Part shown: positions 1 through 9,387 of the stretch, in pieces | Numbering within the stretch: position 1 is the first letter of the stretch | How the letters are laid out: every line of letters begins with the position of its first letter | Source of the DNA: Clostridiales bacterium DTU073 | Lineage (GTDB): Bacteria > Bacillota > Peptococcia > DRI-13 > DTU073 | DNA: 64,000 nt | Direction: 5' to 3' | NCBI GenBank assembly: GCA_001512665.1 | Contig: LFSF01000025.1 | Span: forward strand, 3,926 to 67,925 | The notes under the pieces: generated by a model | Told to the model about the DNA's origin: nothing | What the model saw: the letters and a program-made list of their open reading frames with translations, nothing else | The model's database searches: none | Made by a program: the position numbers and the translations under genes

Positions 1-1058
1 TGATCTAATAAAAAAGCGGATTCTTTGGCGGCCCACCGGATTTTATGTGTTATCAAGGAAACTTCAATCAGTGCATGGAGATAATAACTGCCATCGTAGT
101 TATGACTATGCCATTGATTGATGATTGTCTCCAGCTTACTCCAGATATGCGGTTCTTCCACATATATTGTTGTTTCCCCAGTAACTTTTTTTTGAAGTTC
201 CCGATTATACCGGTCTAAAAGCTCTAGGCTGTTGTTAATCAGGTGAAGAATCTGGTAAAAGTCTGCGCTGACCGGTTGGTCTCCGGTTTTTTTCCGTCTT
301 TTACTTCGTTCTTCCGCTAAAAAAAAGATGTCTTTGGTTCTTTGCCAGAGCCCTTTATTATAAGCCAGATAATCTCTATACAAGTGGGTATTTATTTTAC
401 GATTAGCGTGCTCATCATCTTTTGGAATCCCCAAGTCATGTTTATATAAGTCGTAATATTTATGAACATCTTTAAAAAGCTCTCCTACTTCCCTTTCCAT
501 TTCGTTGAGAGCGTTAGGCGTAGGAGGCGTTAATTGTATATAGTTTTGGATGACCTGATTAAAGTTCTGAAAGATAAGTTTATTAAGCTCAATCAGTTTT
601 ATGCGGAGAGGCATTTCGTAGTGCGGTGGTGCAAGGGTTATATTAACGATTAGACCGGATCCTACCCCGATAAAGATTGCCATAGAACGGATGAGGGCAT
701 GGGCTAAGAATTGGTCCGGCGGGGAACTTAATACAAAAATTGTGGCCATAATACCACCGGAGATACTACTGCGCCATTTAAAGCGGTTACAGATTAAAAT
801 TACTAATACCGTACTTAAACCCATCACTAAAGGATTGCCACCCATGGTCAAGCCTAGTATTATGGCGATGGTGATGGCGATTAATTGCGTTAAAATTTGT
901 TCTAAGGCCTTATTAAAGCTTCTCCCCAGTGATGGCTGGAGAGTTAGGACAGCAGTAGCACCGGCAAAAATGGCCGGTTGTACATGAAAAATATCACAGA
1001 TAAACATACTTAAAGCTACTGCGATCCCTGTTTTTATTATACGTGCTCCATTTATCAT
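1..1058 (-). CDS. ArAE / UPF0421 (YgaE-like) integral membrane protein, 3' end cut by the window edge
   Basis: Absent from the ORF track because it runs off the window. Hand translation of the minus strand from the ATG (complement of 1056-1058) gives MINGARIIKTGIAVALSMFICDIF..AIFAGATAVLTLQPSLGRS.. with no stop down to position 1. It has N-terminal TM helices and a charged helical tail typical of the family. The + ORF 691-987 is its antisense shadow. Confidence 0.7.
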   Translation of the reverse strand, partial: MINGARIIKTGIAVALSMFICDIFHVQPAIFAGATAVLTLQPSLGRSFNKALEQILTQLIAITIAIILGLTMGGNPLVMGLSTVLVILICNRFKWRSSISGGIMATIFVLSSPPDQFLAHALIRSMAIFIGVGSGLIVNITLAPPHYEMPLRIKLIELNKLIFQNFNQVIQNYIQLTPPTPNALNEMEREVGELFKDVHKYYDLYKHDLGIPKDDEHANRKINTHLYRDYLAYNKGLWQRTKDIFFLAEERSKRRKKTGDQPVSADFYQILHLINNSLELLDRYNRELQKKVTGETTIYVEEPHIWSKLETIINQWHSHNYDGSYYLHALIEVSLITHKIRWAAKESAFLLD

Positions 1059-1095
1059 GTCTATTTAACCTCGTTTTTCAGTACAGTAGAAGCTT

Positions 1096-2268
1096 TCAAA
1101 AACTAACTGAGAGGGGTTGAGTGAAAGCAGAAACATGAACCCAAGCTTGTTGCATTTCTTGTATATCGTCTAGGGTGAAGCCGCCTAATTTGCCGGCTTT
1201 TATTTCTTCTATAGTTTCTTCCAACGGGATGACTTCAAATTTGAGTTTATCATTTACTTGGTATTTCCATGTCCAGATTGGCACACTTGTAGCTTCTTTG
1301 AAATAGGGGTCTCCCGTTACAGGATCGATGCCGAAATGTAAGTTAAGAATCATACTGGATTTTCTGGGCAGCCCATTTTGATCTGAAATAAAATTACCTA
1401 AAGAATAGATTACAAATTGGGCTTTATCAGCTCGCTCATAATAAATTTCAGATGGTTGAAGTACATGAGGATGGGTTCCTAGGATGACGTCAGCCCCTGC
1501 TTTGAAAAACATTTTTGCTAAGCGAATTTGTGCACTGTTTGGATGATCGTGATATTCTTGTCCGAAATGTAGGCACAAAATAATAAGTTGTGCTCCCTGC
1601 TCTCGAGCTTTATATAAGTCATTGATAATTTCCTTTTCATCGAGAAGATTGACGGCGTATTCTTTCCCTTTAGGGATGGGTAAACCATTGGTACCGTATG
1701 TATAGGCAAGAACAGCAGTTTTCACACCTTGAATTTCGGTAATGAGAATCTTTTCTTTTTCTTCTAAAGTACGTGCGGTACCAACGTGGAGAAGTCCCGC
1801 TTTATCAAGGTAGTCAAGAGTATTATTAAGACCTTTTATTCCTTTGTCTAGACAATGATTATTTGCCGTTGTGACTAAATCAAAGCCTGCTTCTTTCAGA
1901 TTTTCGGCAAGTACGGCCGGTGAATTGAACCGGGGATAACCACCGAATTCGTTGAAGTCCACGCCGAGAGTAGTTTCCAGATTGCCGATTACAAAATCAG
2001 CAGCTTCGAGGTGGGGTTTTATTCTCGCAAAAAAAGGAGAAAAGTCGTGCTTATAGAGCTCACGTTGGTAAGCAGCCCTAAGGAGTGTATTATGCATTAA
2101 AATATCCCCCACAGCAGCAATGGTAAATGTTTTTTCGGCTACCGGTTCCGGGGCAGTTACCGGGACGCTATCGCTTATTGCTTCAGATTTACAACCGGTT
2201 AAATTGGCACCTAACAAGAGAATGAGGATAAAGCAAATGAATAGATATGATTTTTTCATAAAATTCAC
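1096..2268 (-). CDS. CapA-family (PGA_cap metallophosphatase-like) lipoprotein
   Basis: 390 aa. Lipobox LLGANLTGC. Motifs AAVGDILMH, GNLETT, ANNHCLD and GTHPHVLQP are characteristic of CapA/poly-gamma-glutamate capsule synthesis family proteins. Confidence 0.8.
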   Translation of the reverse strand: MNFMKKSYLFICFILILLLGANLTGCKSEAISDSVPVTAPEPVAEKTFTIAAVGDILMHNTLLRAAYQRELYKHDFSPFFARIKPHLEAADFVIGNLETTLGVDFNEFGGYPRFNSPAVLAENLKEAGFDLVTTANNHCLDKGIKGLNNTLDYLDKAGLLHVGTARTLEEKEKILITEIQGVKTAVLAYTYGTNGLPIPKGKEYAVNLLDEKEIINDLYKAREQGAQLIILCLHFGQEYHDHPNSAQIRLAKMFFKAGADVILGTHPHVLQPSEIYYERADKAQFVIYSLGNFISDQNGLPRKSSMILNLHFGIDPVTGDPYFKEATSVPIWTWKYQVNDKLKFEVIPLEETIEEIKAGKLGGFTLDDIQEMQQAWVHVSAFTQPLSVSF

Positions 2269-2396
2269 ATCCTTAGAATTATAGTAATATTATACCAATA
2301 AACACAGGATTTGTCCTAAGATAGTGACGAAAATCCTTTCTTTTGCATAAGGTACAACAGAAATGATTTTGCTTATGCTGAGAAAGGGGAAAATTT

Positions 2397-3569
2397 ATGG
2401 ATAAAGATTTAAGTAAGAACAAGGTTAGAAAAATAATAACTTTGCATGATCCCTGTGATGAGGATTTTTTAATAAAAAGTTTACAAATATCCGGAGGTAA
2501 ATTAATTAAAAAATTGCCTCTCGTTGATGGATATTTATGTGAATTCCCCTCAGAGGCTGATTTTGCTCTTGCTGTAAGAGTGGATAATGATAGAATTGAG
2601 GTAGACGATGACATCGAATTTAGACTGTGTTGGTATCCGGGGCTACCTTTTTTTCAACATTTATTCCCGCCATATTCCCCCTATGCACCGATTAATAAGC
2701 CGGTCATAAAACCAACTCCTGAGCCCCCTTTATACAATACAGAAAGGGTAGGCTGGGGTTTGCGGCGAATTGGCGCTCCACAAGTTTGGCAAAAACTAAA
2801 AAGAAGGAGAGTTCGCGTAGGAATTATTGATACAGGGATTGATTATAATCATCCTGATATAAGGGAAAGTATTAAGGGTGGTATTAACACATTAGATGGG
2901 TATTCTCAGCAACAGTTTAAGGATGATTATGGGCATGGCACGCATATTGCCGGCATTATAGGAGCATCGGGGAGAAATGCACGTTTTATGGGGATTAATC
3001 CCTATGTGGATTTTTATATTGTTAAAGCTTTTGACAGAAGAGGAAAAGGAAATTTATCAGATATCATTGAAGGATTGGATTGGTTGTATAGTAATCAAGT
3101 AGAGATCATCAATATGAGTTTTTCTACTATGGAAACCAATAATACTTTTAGAAGAGCCATTCGTTATTTAGACGATCGAGGTGTTATTTTAGTTGCAGCT
3201 GCAGGTAATGATGGAGGTAGTGATTCAGTAAATTATCCGGGACGGTTTCCTGAAGTTATTACTGTTTCCGCTACAGATCGGTATGACCGAATAGCTTCTT
3301 TTTCCAGTACAGGACCTGAAGTTAATTTTTGTGCGCCCGGTGTTGATATTCCTTCAGCCTGGCTCAACGGGGCATATGAATTAAAAAGCGGAACTTCCTT
3401 TGCCGCACCTCATGTAACCGGTATTGTTGCGGATTTGCTTAATTACTATGGGTATATGCCGCCGACTAAAGTTAAGGAAATAATGGTTAGCGGAGCAGTC
3501 AAACTAGCAAATTTAGCCAAGGAACAACAAGGTTTCGGGATAGTAGAACTACCGAGAATTATATATTAA
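2397..3569 (+). CDS. Subtilisin-like S8 serine peptidase with N-terminal propeptide-like region and no obvious signal peptide
   Basis: Catalytic triad motifs are IIDTGID (Asp), HGTHIAG (His) and SGTSFAAPHVTG (Ser). A GGGGA-type SD precedes the ATG at 2397. Confidence 0.85.
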   Translation: MDKDLSKNKVRKIITLHDPCDEDFLIKSLQISGGKLIKKLPLVDGYLCEFPSEADFALAVRVDNDRIEVDDDIEFRLCWYPGLPFFQHLFPPYSPYAPINKPVIKPTPEPPLYNTERVGWGLRRIGAPQVWQKLKRRRVRVGIIDTGIDYNHPDIRESIKGGINTLDGYSQQQFKDDYGHGTHIAGIIGASGRNARFMGINPYVDFYIVKAFDRRGKGNLSDIIEGLDWLYSNQVEIINMSFSTMETNNTFRRAIRYLDDRGVILVAAAGNDGGSDSVNYPGRFPEVITVSATDRYDRIASFSSTGPEVNFCAPGVDIPSAWLNGAYELKSGTSFAAPHVTGIVADLLNYYGYMPPTKVKEIMVSGAVKLANLAKEQQGFGIVELPRIIY

Positions 3570-3798
3570 CCAGTTTAGTCACATAACGATGGTCATAGCC
3601 ACAGTCCGGACAATAAAACAAATGAATACATTCATTAGCGGAGACTCCGTCTGCTTGATTTAAGATATTTTCCGGTAAATAGGGGCTATAAGGTTCATAG
3701 TAGTTTTCCAGTGCTCCTCCGTCCAACAGTTGTGTTTGGCAGTTTGGGCAAATAATCTTTTCAGTACGGAAACCATTACATAATGGGCATTGATACAT
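3559..3798 (-). CDS. Small Cys-rich zinc-ribbon protein, function unknown
   Basis: CPLC..CPNC plus C..H..CPDC motifs. The likely start is the internal ATG (MYQCPLCNG), 8 nt after a GGAGG; the track's TTG start at 3813 lies inside that SD. The 3' end overlaps the convergent S8 peptidase gene by 11 nt. Confidence 0.55.
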   Translation of the reverse strand: MYQCPLCNGFRTEKIICPNCQTQLLDGGALENYYEPYSPYLPENILNQADGVSANECIHLFYCPDCGYDHRYVTKLVNI

Positions 3799-3929
3799 TA
3801 GCCATGCCTCCAAAGTAGAATCTGTATTAATATTATTTATTTAGTTGTAAAAAACTAGTCCCAAGTGTAGCATTTAAAGTATTCTTTTCTATAATAAAAT
3901 AAGATAATTCTTCTACGGGGGAAAAAAAC

Positions 3930-4196
3930 ATGTCCCATGTTCGTATTACTTTATCTAGAGAAATGCTTCGGACTCTTTTGGCTAACCTAACTGATTTACG
4001 GTCCCCGGCTGGTGAATTTATCATTGAAAACGAAGTTGATGGTCTCAATGAAATAATCAGAATAATAAATTTAGTAAGTGGTGATGTTTTTGAGCAAACT
4101 GTACAAAAACAAGAAGGTCTTGTAGATTCTAAGGATGAGTGTAAAATATATGAATTTCCTCCCAAAATAAAACAAGATGTAAAAGATGAGGAATGA
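3930..4196 (+). CDS. Hypothetical acidic 88-aa protein
   Basis: ORF with ATG start preceded by GGGGGA. No recognisable motif. Confidence 0.45.
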   Translation: MSHVRITLSREMLRTLLANLTDLRSPAGEFIIENEVDGLNEIIRIINLVSGDVFEQTVQKQEGLVDSKDECKIYEFPPKIKQDVKDEE

Positions 4197-4234
4197 GTAT
4201 AGAGTAAATTATTTTTAGAGAGAAGGTAGAAAAA

Positions 4235-5062
4235 ATGTGGATTGGTGCCCATGTTTCAATTTCTAACGGATTAACTGCAGCAGTGGAAACGGTTGCGCAA
4301 CTGAAAGGTAATACTTTTCAGTTTTTCTCTCGCAATCCGCGTGGTGGTAAGGCACGGGCACTTGATCCCGAAGATATCAAAGCCGCCCATGAATTGATGA
4401 AGGCGAAGAAGTTTGGCTTAGTGGTAGCCCATGCTCCTTATACTTATAATTTAGCTTCTGCTAAACAAAGTGTAAGGGGCTTTACTCTCAGAACCTTAAA
4501 GGATGATCTTCTCCGCATCAAAGAAATGGGCATTCCTTATCTTGTAATGCATCCAGGTTCACATGGTGGACAAGGTGAAGAAAAAGGGTTGGCTTTAATT
4601 ATCGAGGGTTTACAAGAGGTTTTGTCAGACTTTCCAGAAGAAGTCTTTATTCTTTTGGAAGGAATGGCCGGTCAGGGGACAGAGTTAGGTTATAACTTTG
4701 CCCATTTGGCCACAATTATTGCCGGTTGTGATTATCACCCTAATTTAGGGGTATGTCTGGATAGCTGTCATCTGCATGGGGCAGGTTATGACCTTTCTGA
4801 TTTTGGCAGAATTAAAGAAGAATTTGCTCATGTGCTAGGGTGGGAAAAATTAAAAGTATTTCATTTAAATGATGCGGTATTTCCGCTGGGTTCCAGAAAG
4901 GATAGACATGCTAAGATAGGAGAAGGAAACTTGGGACTGGAGACGATTAAAAATATAATTTGTGATCCGGACATGCAAAATATCCCGATTATTTTAGAAA
5001 CTCCTAACGATAATACAGGTTACGAGAGAGAAATTGCTTTATTACAAAAAATTTGCTCGTAA
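4235..5062 (+). CDS. nfo: Deoxyribonuclease IV (AP endonuclease family 2)
   Basis: 275 aa with the Nfo layout: IGAHVS.. N-terminus, HAPY, HPGS, CLDSCH, HLND, ILETP metal-binding motifs. Confidence 0.9.
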   Translation: MWIGAHVSISNGLTAAVETVAQLKGNTFQFFSRNPRGGKARALDPEDIKAAHELMKAKKFGLVVAHAPYTYNLASAKQSVRGFTLRTLKDDLLRIKEMGIPYLVMHPGSHGGQGEEKGLALIIEGLQEVLSDFPEEVFILLEGMAGQGTELGYNFAHLATIIAGCDYHPNLGVCLDSCHLHGAGYDLSDFGRIKEEFAHVLGWEKLKVFHLNDAVFPLGSRKDRHAKIGEGNLGLETIKNIICDPDMQNIPIILETPNDNTGYEREIALLQKICS

Positions 5063-5097
5063 TGTGTAAAAAAAGAGCATAAAAAGCAAGATTAAAT

Positions 5098-5126
5098 TTG
5101 TCAATATTAAATAAATATTATAAAAT
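5098..5126 (+). promoter_or_regulatory. Sigma-A-like promoter upstream of the nfeD/SPFH operon
   Basis: TTGTCA (5098-5103), 17-nt spacer, TAAAAT (5121-5126). A second TATAAT sits at 5132-5137. Confidence 0.4.
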
Positions 5127-5260
5127 TGTAGTATAATGTAATATACCTACAAAGTGGTGAATATTATTAATATAAATTAAGGAGGTTCTGATTAGGACAT
5201 AAAAAAACAAAATATTAAAGAAAGGGGGCTACACTTATCTTTATTAACTCTTGGCTCTGG

Positions 5261-5665
5261 TTGGTTTTAGTTGTTGTGTTTACACTAATAGAAACGTTTA
5301 CTATGACTTTAACGACTTGTTGGTTTGTGATTGGGGCACTTGTAGCTTTTATAGCTGCATGGTTTGGTGCTTCTTGGGAAATCCAGGTTGTTCTATTTTT
5401 GGCTACAGCAATAATTCTCTTACTATTTCTCAGACCTTTGGCGAAGGGTTATTTTAAGATTGGTGCAATTAAATCAGGTGTTCCGGCATTAATTGGTCAA
5501 GTGGCAATTGTTGAAGAAAAAATTGTTCCCCCTCATAGTGGTGCAGTATCAATAAAAGGTCAAATCTGGACAGCAGAATCGGCTACTGAGGAATCAATAG
5601 AGGTAGGCGAAAAAGTGCAAATTGTGGATATTGAGGGAGTTATATTTAAAGTTAAAAAAATCTAA
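5261..5665 (+). CDS. nfeD: NfeD-family membrane protein
   Basis: Hydrophobic N-terminal half and a C-terminal OB-like segment (G.V..KG.IW.A......I..G..V.IV...G). It sits immediately upstream of an SPFH gene, the classic pairing. The start is uncertain: the frame is open from 5219 and the GGGGG SD at 5224-5228 would favour a non-canonical ATC/ATT at 5237/5243 over the TTG at 5261. Confidence 0.75.
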   Translation: MVLVVVFTLIETFTMTLTTCWFVIGALVAFIAAWFGASWEIQVVLFLATAIILLLFLRPLAKGYFKIGAIKSGVPALIGQVAIVEEKIVPPHSGAVSIKGQIWTAESATEESIEVGEKVQIVDIEGVIFKVKKI

Positions 5666-5698
5666 GCCGAACGTATTTATTATGAAGGAGGCGAGAGA

Positions 5699-6622
5699 AT
5701 GTTTTTTGTGATTATTCTTATCTTGGCAGTTGCCGTAATTGCCATGAATGTCAGAGTAGTACCGCAAACGGAAGCCTATATCATTGAAAGATTAGGTGCA
5801 TATTTAGGGACCTGGTTAGTTGGTCTGCATTTTAAAATTCCGATAATTGACAGAATTGCCTCGGTTGTGTCTTTAAAAGAGCAAATTAAAGATTTCCGTC
5901 CGCAACCGGTTATTACTAAGGATAATGTCACCATGACAATAGATACGGTAGTTTTCTATCAAGTTACAGACCCTAAAGCTTATACCTATGGAGTGGAAAA
6001 TCCGCTTTTAGCTATAGATAATATCACTACAACAACTTTAAGAAATATTATCGGTGAATTGGAATTGGACGAAACTTTGACCTCTCGTGATCTTATTAAT
6101 ACCAGAATGAGAAGTGTTCTGGATGCAGCGACGAGTGCTTGGGGAATTAAGGTGCATCGCGTGGAAGTAAAGAATATAGTTCCGCCTGCTGAAATCCAAG
6201 ATTCTATGGAAAGGCAGATGAAAGCAGAAAGAGAAAGAAGAGAAGCTATTCTGCGGGCAGATGGGGAAAAAGAAGCGGCTATACGTGTAGCTGAAGGGCA
6301 TAAGCAAGCAGCAATTTTAAATGCGGAAGCGGAAAAGAAGTCAGCAATTCTTGTGGCAGAAGCGAAAAAAGAAGCCATGATTAAAGAAGCGGAAGGGCAG
6401 GCCGAAGCTATTCTGAAGGTGCAAAGAGCAACCGCTGAAGGATTGAAAATGTTAAAAAATGCTGCGCCTGATAACCAAGTTATTGCTATTAAGAGTCTGG
6501 AGGCGTTGGCTCAAGTAGCAGACGGGCAATCCACAAAGTTGATTATCCCCTCTGAAATACAGAATTTGACAGCATTGGCGGCGTCTTTATCCGAGGTAGT
6601 TAAAGAAGGCAAAAATACATAA
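5699..6622 (+). CDS. SPFH/band-7 (stomatin/prohibitin-like) membrane protein
   Basis: N-terminal TM helix, SPFH core and an Ala/Glu/Lys-rich coiled-coil tail (AEGHKQAAILNAEAEKKSAILVAEAKKEA). GGAGG SD. Confidence 0.9.
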   Translation: MFFVIILILAVAVIAMNVRVVPQTEAYIIERLGAYLGTWLVGLHFKIPIIDRIASVVSLKEQIKDFRPQPVITKDNVTMTIDTVVFYQVTDPKAYTYGVENPLLAIDNITTTTLRNIIGELELDETLTSRDLINTRMRSVLDAATSAWGIKVHRVEVKNIVPPAEIQDSMERQMKAERERREAILRADGEKEAAIRVAEGHKQAAILNAEAEKKSAILVAEAKKEAMIKEAEGQAEAILKVQRATAEGLKMLKNAAPDNQVIAIKSLEALAQVADGQSTKLIIPSEIQNLTALAASLSEVVKEGKNT

Positions 6623-6676
6623 GGTTTAAGGCTTGTTTCTATAGATTAGTTTTTATAGAGTAGAAATCATAGATTT

Positions 6677-6710
6677 AAAGTCCACGGATTTTAAAACCGT
6701 GGACTTTTTT
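6677..6710 (+). terminator. Rho-independent terminator after the SPFH gene
   Basis: GTCCACGG (6680-6687) / CCGTGGAC (6697-6704) stem followed by a T6 run. Confidence 0.8.
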
Positions 6711-6728
6711 AGTATGACGGACACAGAC

Positions 6729-6755
6729 GTGGCAAGGGGACGTTTCACTTGCCAC
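6729..6755. repeat. Solitary copy of the 27-nt palindromic unit (GTGGCAAGGGGACGTTTCACTTGCCAC)
   Basis: Same unit as at 17008-17034, 17071-17097, 47115-47141, 47397-47423 and 47457-47483. An 8-bp stem GTGGCAAG/CTTGCCAC encloses GGGACGTTTCA. Confidence 0.85.
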
Positions 6756-6815
6756 ATTCTAATACGGGTAGGGGATACTGTTTGGAAATAGGGGCATAGA
6801 AATTTTATAGAAATC

Positions 6816-6824
6816 TGGTATAAT
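6816..6824 (+). promoter_or_regulatory. Extended -10 element (TGGTATAAT) upstream of the FAD oxidoreductase gene
   Basis: Exact TGnTATAAT about 60 nt upstream of the ATG at 6885. Confidence 0.4.
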
Positions 6825-6884
6825 CAGGGTGGCTTAAACTTCAGTCTTAAGTTAAAAATATAACAATGGTTAGAGGATGAAAAG

Positions 6885-8558
6885 ATGCGTAAATTATTGT
6901 TTTATGGAGTATTAATACTACTGATTTTATTTATCCCTTTTGGCTATTGGGTGTATCTCTATTTAACAACTCCGGTAATGGTCTATGATGTGGTTATTTA
7001 TGGCGGCGGATTTGCAGGTTGTGCTTCTGCTTATAATGCGGCCTGGCTTGCCCCAGAAAAAAAGGTTTTACTGATTGTACCGGAGTCTACGTCACATTTA
7101 GGAGGACTTGGTACGATTGGGGGACAGAATTTTGCTGATATCCGTTATTGGCAGAATCAATTAGTTACGGAAGGCTCTTTTCTCCGTTGGTTTAGGGAGA
7201 ACGGTCAATTTTATAATACTCAGAAGATGGCCGAAACTATTAAAAAGGAACTGGCTCAGTTCCCTAATTTAACGATTCTTTATCAGCAAGACATTAAGAA
7301 AGTACAAACAAAAAAGCTTGATCAGGGTCGTTGTGCTATTAAAGCTGTTCTCTTGACCCCAATCTTTCGGGGTGAGCAAGGCGAGTTGTCATGGGGGAAA
7401 GGTCGTTTGCAAGTTGAAGGAAAGGTGTTTATTGATGCTTCTGATGAAGGAAGATTAGCGCGTCTTGCCGGCAATACTCTGCTGGTGGGACGTGAGGATT
7501 GGCCTGCAGAATATCTACCGCCGGATGAACAGAAAGAAGCCGGAGCGGTAAGGCAACAAGCGGCTACCTTAATGTTTAGAGTAACAGAGGTAAAAACTCC
7601 GAGTATACCGGAACAAAAGGGAGATCTGCAGTTTGTTACTGATTATTTCGGTAGTTGGGCGATCATTGGCGGCAAAGAAACCTGGCAAAACAATCCGGTA
7701 GTAAGGCAGTTTAATGAGCACTATGGTCCTCAGGGTTTTGCCATTAAACCACTTAATGCTGCACAGGACGGTGCCGGTAGTGATGAGTGGTGGCTGAATA
7801 TGCTTTTGGTTTTTGATGTGGACGGACGAGCGCGGGAGATGGACCGGGGTACACGCTTTTTCCCTCAAAAGGAACTGGAGGGTCAGAAAACCGTTGAGCG
7901 GGCATGGCGAGAAGCCAGAGAGATAGTGCAAAAGCCGGAATTTTTAGAGGCTTTGCGGCAGTTTAAAGTAGTAGAAGACGGACAAATGTACGGTTTTGGG
8001 GAAGCAAAATTAGTACTGGATCAAAACAATCAACCGGTCGTCGGTGAGCTAATGTATTTGCGGGAAACAGTACATAGTAAGCCTTTTGCCTTAACCACAG
8101 AGGAGGTTCAGCATGCGGGAAGTGGTCCTCAGGAGGGTAAGGATCTGGATAATTATGAGGAAAGAATCGGCTTAGGTTATTACATGATGGATATTAATGC
8201 GTATCTGTACGAAGATCTTTGGCAAAAAAATAGTTTTGTTTGGCCGGTAACCGAATATTTACGACCGGATTGGTTTAAGGCGGGCGGTCAGCCGAAGAAC
8301 CCGGTATATTTACCTTATTCCATGTTAATAACAAAAGAATGTGTGAACCTTCTACTTCCTGGCTATGCTACGGGCTGTTCTTCTTTTGCCTGGGCGGAGA
8401 TCAGAGTATTACCTAATTTAGCCGTTTTAGGGGATGCTGCAGGAGTTGCGGCGGCAAGAGCCGTGCTATATGGAGAAAGACCTGTAGATTTTGACACCGA
8501 GCAAATTCGTTGGGTTCAGGAAAAATTACGTGAAATGGGGGCACGTTTGGAGAAATAG
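6885..8558 (+). CDS. FAD-dependent oxidoreductase with N-terminal membrane anchor, function unknown
   Basis: 557 aa. An N-terminal TM helix is followed by the dinucleotide-binding motif VVIYGGGFAGCASA. Confidence 0.65.
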   Translation: MRKLLFYGVLILLILFIPFGYWVYLYLTTPVMVYDVVIYGGGFAGCASAYNAAWLAPEKKVLLIVPESTSHLGGLGTIGGQNFADIRYWQNQLVTEGSFLRWFRENGQFYNTQKMAETIKKELAQFPNLTILYQQDIKKVQTKKLDQGRCAIKAVLLTPIFRGEQGELSWGKGRLQVEGKVFIDASDEGRLARLAGNTLLVGREDWPAEYLPPDEQKEAGAVRQQAATLMFRVTEVKTPSIPEQKGDLQFVTDYFGSWAIIGGKETWQNNPVVRQFNEHYGPQGFAIKPLNAAQDGAGSDEWWLNMLLVFDVDGRAREMDRGTRFFPQKELEGQKTVERAWREAREIVQKPEFLEALRQFKVVEDGQMYGFGEAKLVLDQNNQPVVGELMYLRETVHSKPFALTTEEVQHAGSGPQEGKDLDNYEERIGLGYYMMDINAYLYEDLWQKNSFVWPVTEYLRPDWFKAGGQPKNPVYLPYSMLITKECVNLLLPGYATGCSSFAWAEIRVLPNLAVLGDAAGVAAARAVLYGERPVDFDTEQIRWVQEKLREMGARLEK

Positions 8559-8562
8559 CCTG

Positions 8563-9387
8563 TTACGGTCGAAAGCCTTCTCCTAGAACCTCGTAGACAT
8601 TATTGACAATAATAAAAGCTTTAGGATCAATCTCTTTGATAATTTTCTTAAGCTGTAGTAACTCGTGTTTACTAATGACCACATAGAGAACGTTTTTTTC
8701 TTTACCGGTATAAGCACCGGAACCTTTTAAAATCGTGGCGCCCCGTTCTAATTTATTGATAATGGCATTAACAATGACTTGATCCATTTTGGAAATGATC
8801 GTTACTTCTCTTGCTTCATTACCACCTTCGATAAAACGATCAATTACTACACTGAAAACATAGAGAGCTACTAAGGTATATAGGGATTTTTCCAAACCAA
8901 AGAAATAAGCCACCATCGAAATAATGGCCAGGTCAAAGCTGAAATATACTTTGCCCATACTGATGCCTATTTTTTCATAGATGAGTCGGGCAATTATATC
9001 TACGCCTCCGGTGGTGGCTCCTGAACGTAACACTATCCCGATGCCTACTCCTGATAAAACGCCACCATAAAGGGCGGCAATTAGCAGGTCTTCTGTTTGG
9101 AAACTAAATCCGCTCGTTAGGTCGATTGCCACAGAAAGGGCTAAAACACCGAGCAATGATTTAAACACGAATTTTTTTCCCCACATGATGAAACTAATTA
9201 TAAATAATGGAATATTTAGAACTAACAATATTCCACCGATAGACCAGTTCGTAAGATAGTGAATTACCAGAGAAAGACCGGTAAACCCCCCTTCTGCCAA
9301 GCCATTAGCAACGATAAAATAATTTAAACCGAAGGCTGTGATTAAAGAACCCACGGCAATACCTAAATAGGATAAAATAGTTTTCAT
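8563..9387 (-). CDS. YitT-family membrane protein (DUF161 repeats + DUF2179 C-terminal domain)
   Basis: 274 aa. Multi-TM N-terminus with the GGFTG/GATTGG motifs and a soluble C-terminal domain (TIISK....I...I.....RGATIL.G.GAYTG). Confidence 0.8.
   Translation of the reverse strand: MKTILSYLGIAVGSLITAFGLNYFIVANGLAEGGFTGLSLVIHYLTNWSIGGILLVLNIPLFIISFIMWGKKFVFKSLLGVLALSVAIDLTSGFSFQTEDLLIAALYGGVLSGVGIGIVLRSGATTGGVDIIARLIYEKIGISMGKVYFSFDLAIISMVAYFFGLEKSLYTLVALYVFSVVIDRFIEGGNEAREVTIISKMDQVIVNAIINKLERGATILKGSGAYTGKEKNVLYVVISKHELLQLKKIIKEIDPKAFIIVNNVYEVLGEGFRP

Noticed and set aside
691-987. 98-aa + ORF near the window start
   Set aside because: It lies entirely inside the minus-strand ArAE/UPF0421 membrane protein gene. 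It is an antisense shadow.
5179-5202. Strong AAGGAGG SD followed only by a 3-codon ORF (ATT AGG ACA TAA) in the nfeD leader
   Set aside because: It has no canonical start codon and no attenuator-like alternative structures that I could see. It is most likely a chance SD-like purine run in an AT-rich leader.
5986-6378. Ala/Ser-rich minus-strand ORFs inside the SPFH gene (5986-6378, 6038-6307)
   Set aside because: They mirror the AEAKKEA coiled-coil coding repeats of the SPFH protein. Other long antisense ORFs in the track were rejected on the same logic: 1518-1709, 2279-2614, 3833-4252, 7569-7931, 12175-12594, 13723-14010, 25860-26189, 27534-28048, 28455-28787 and 43328-43863, among others.
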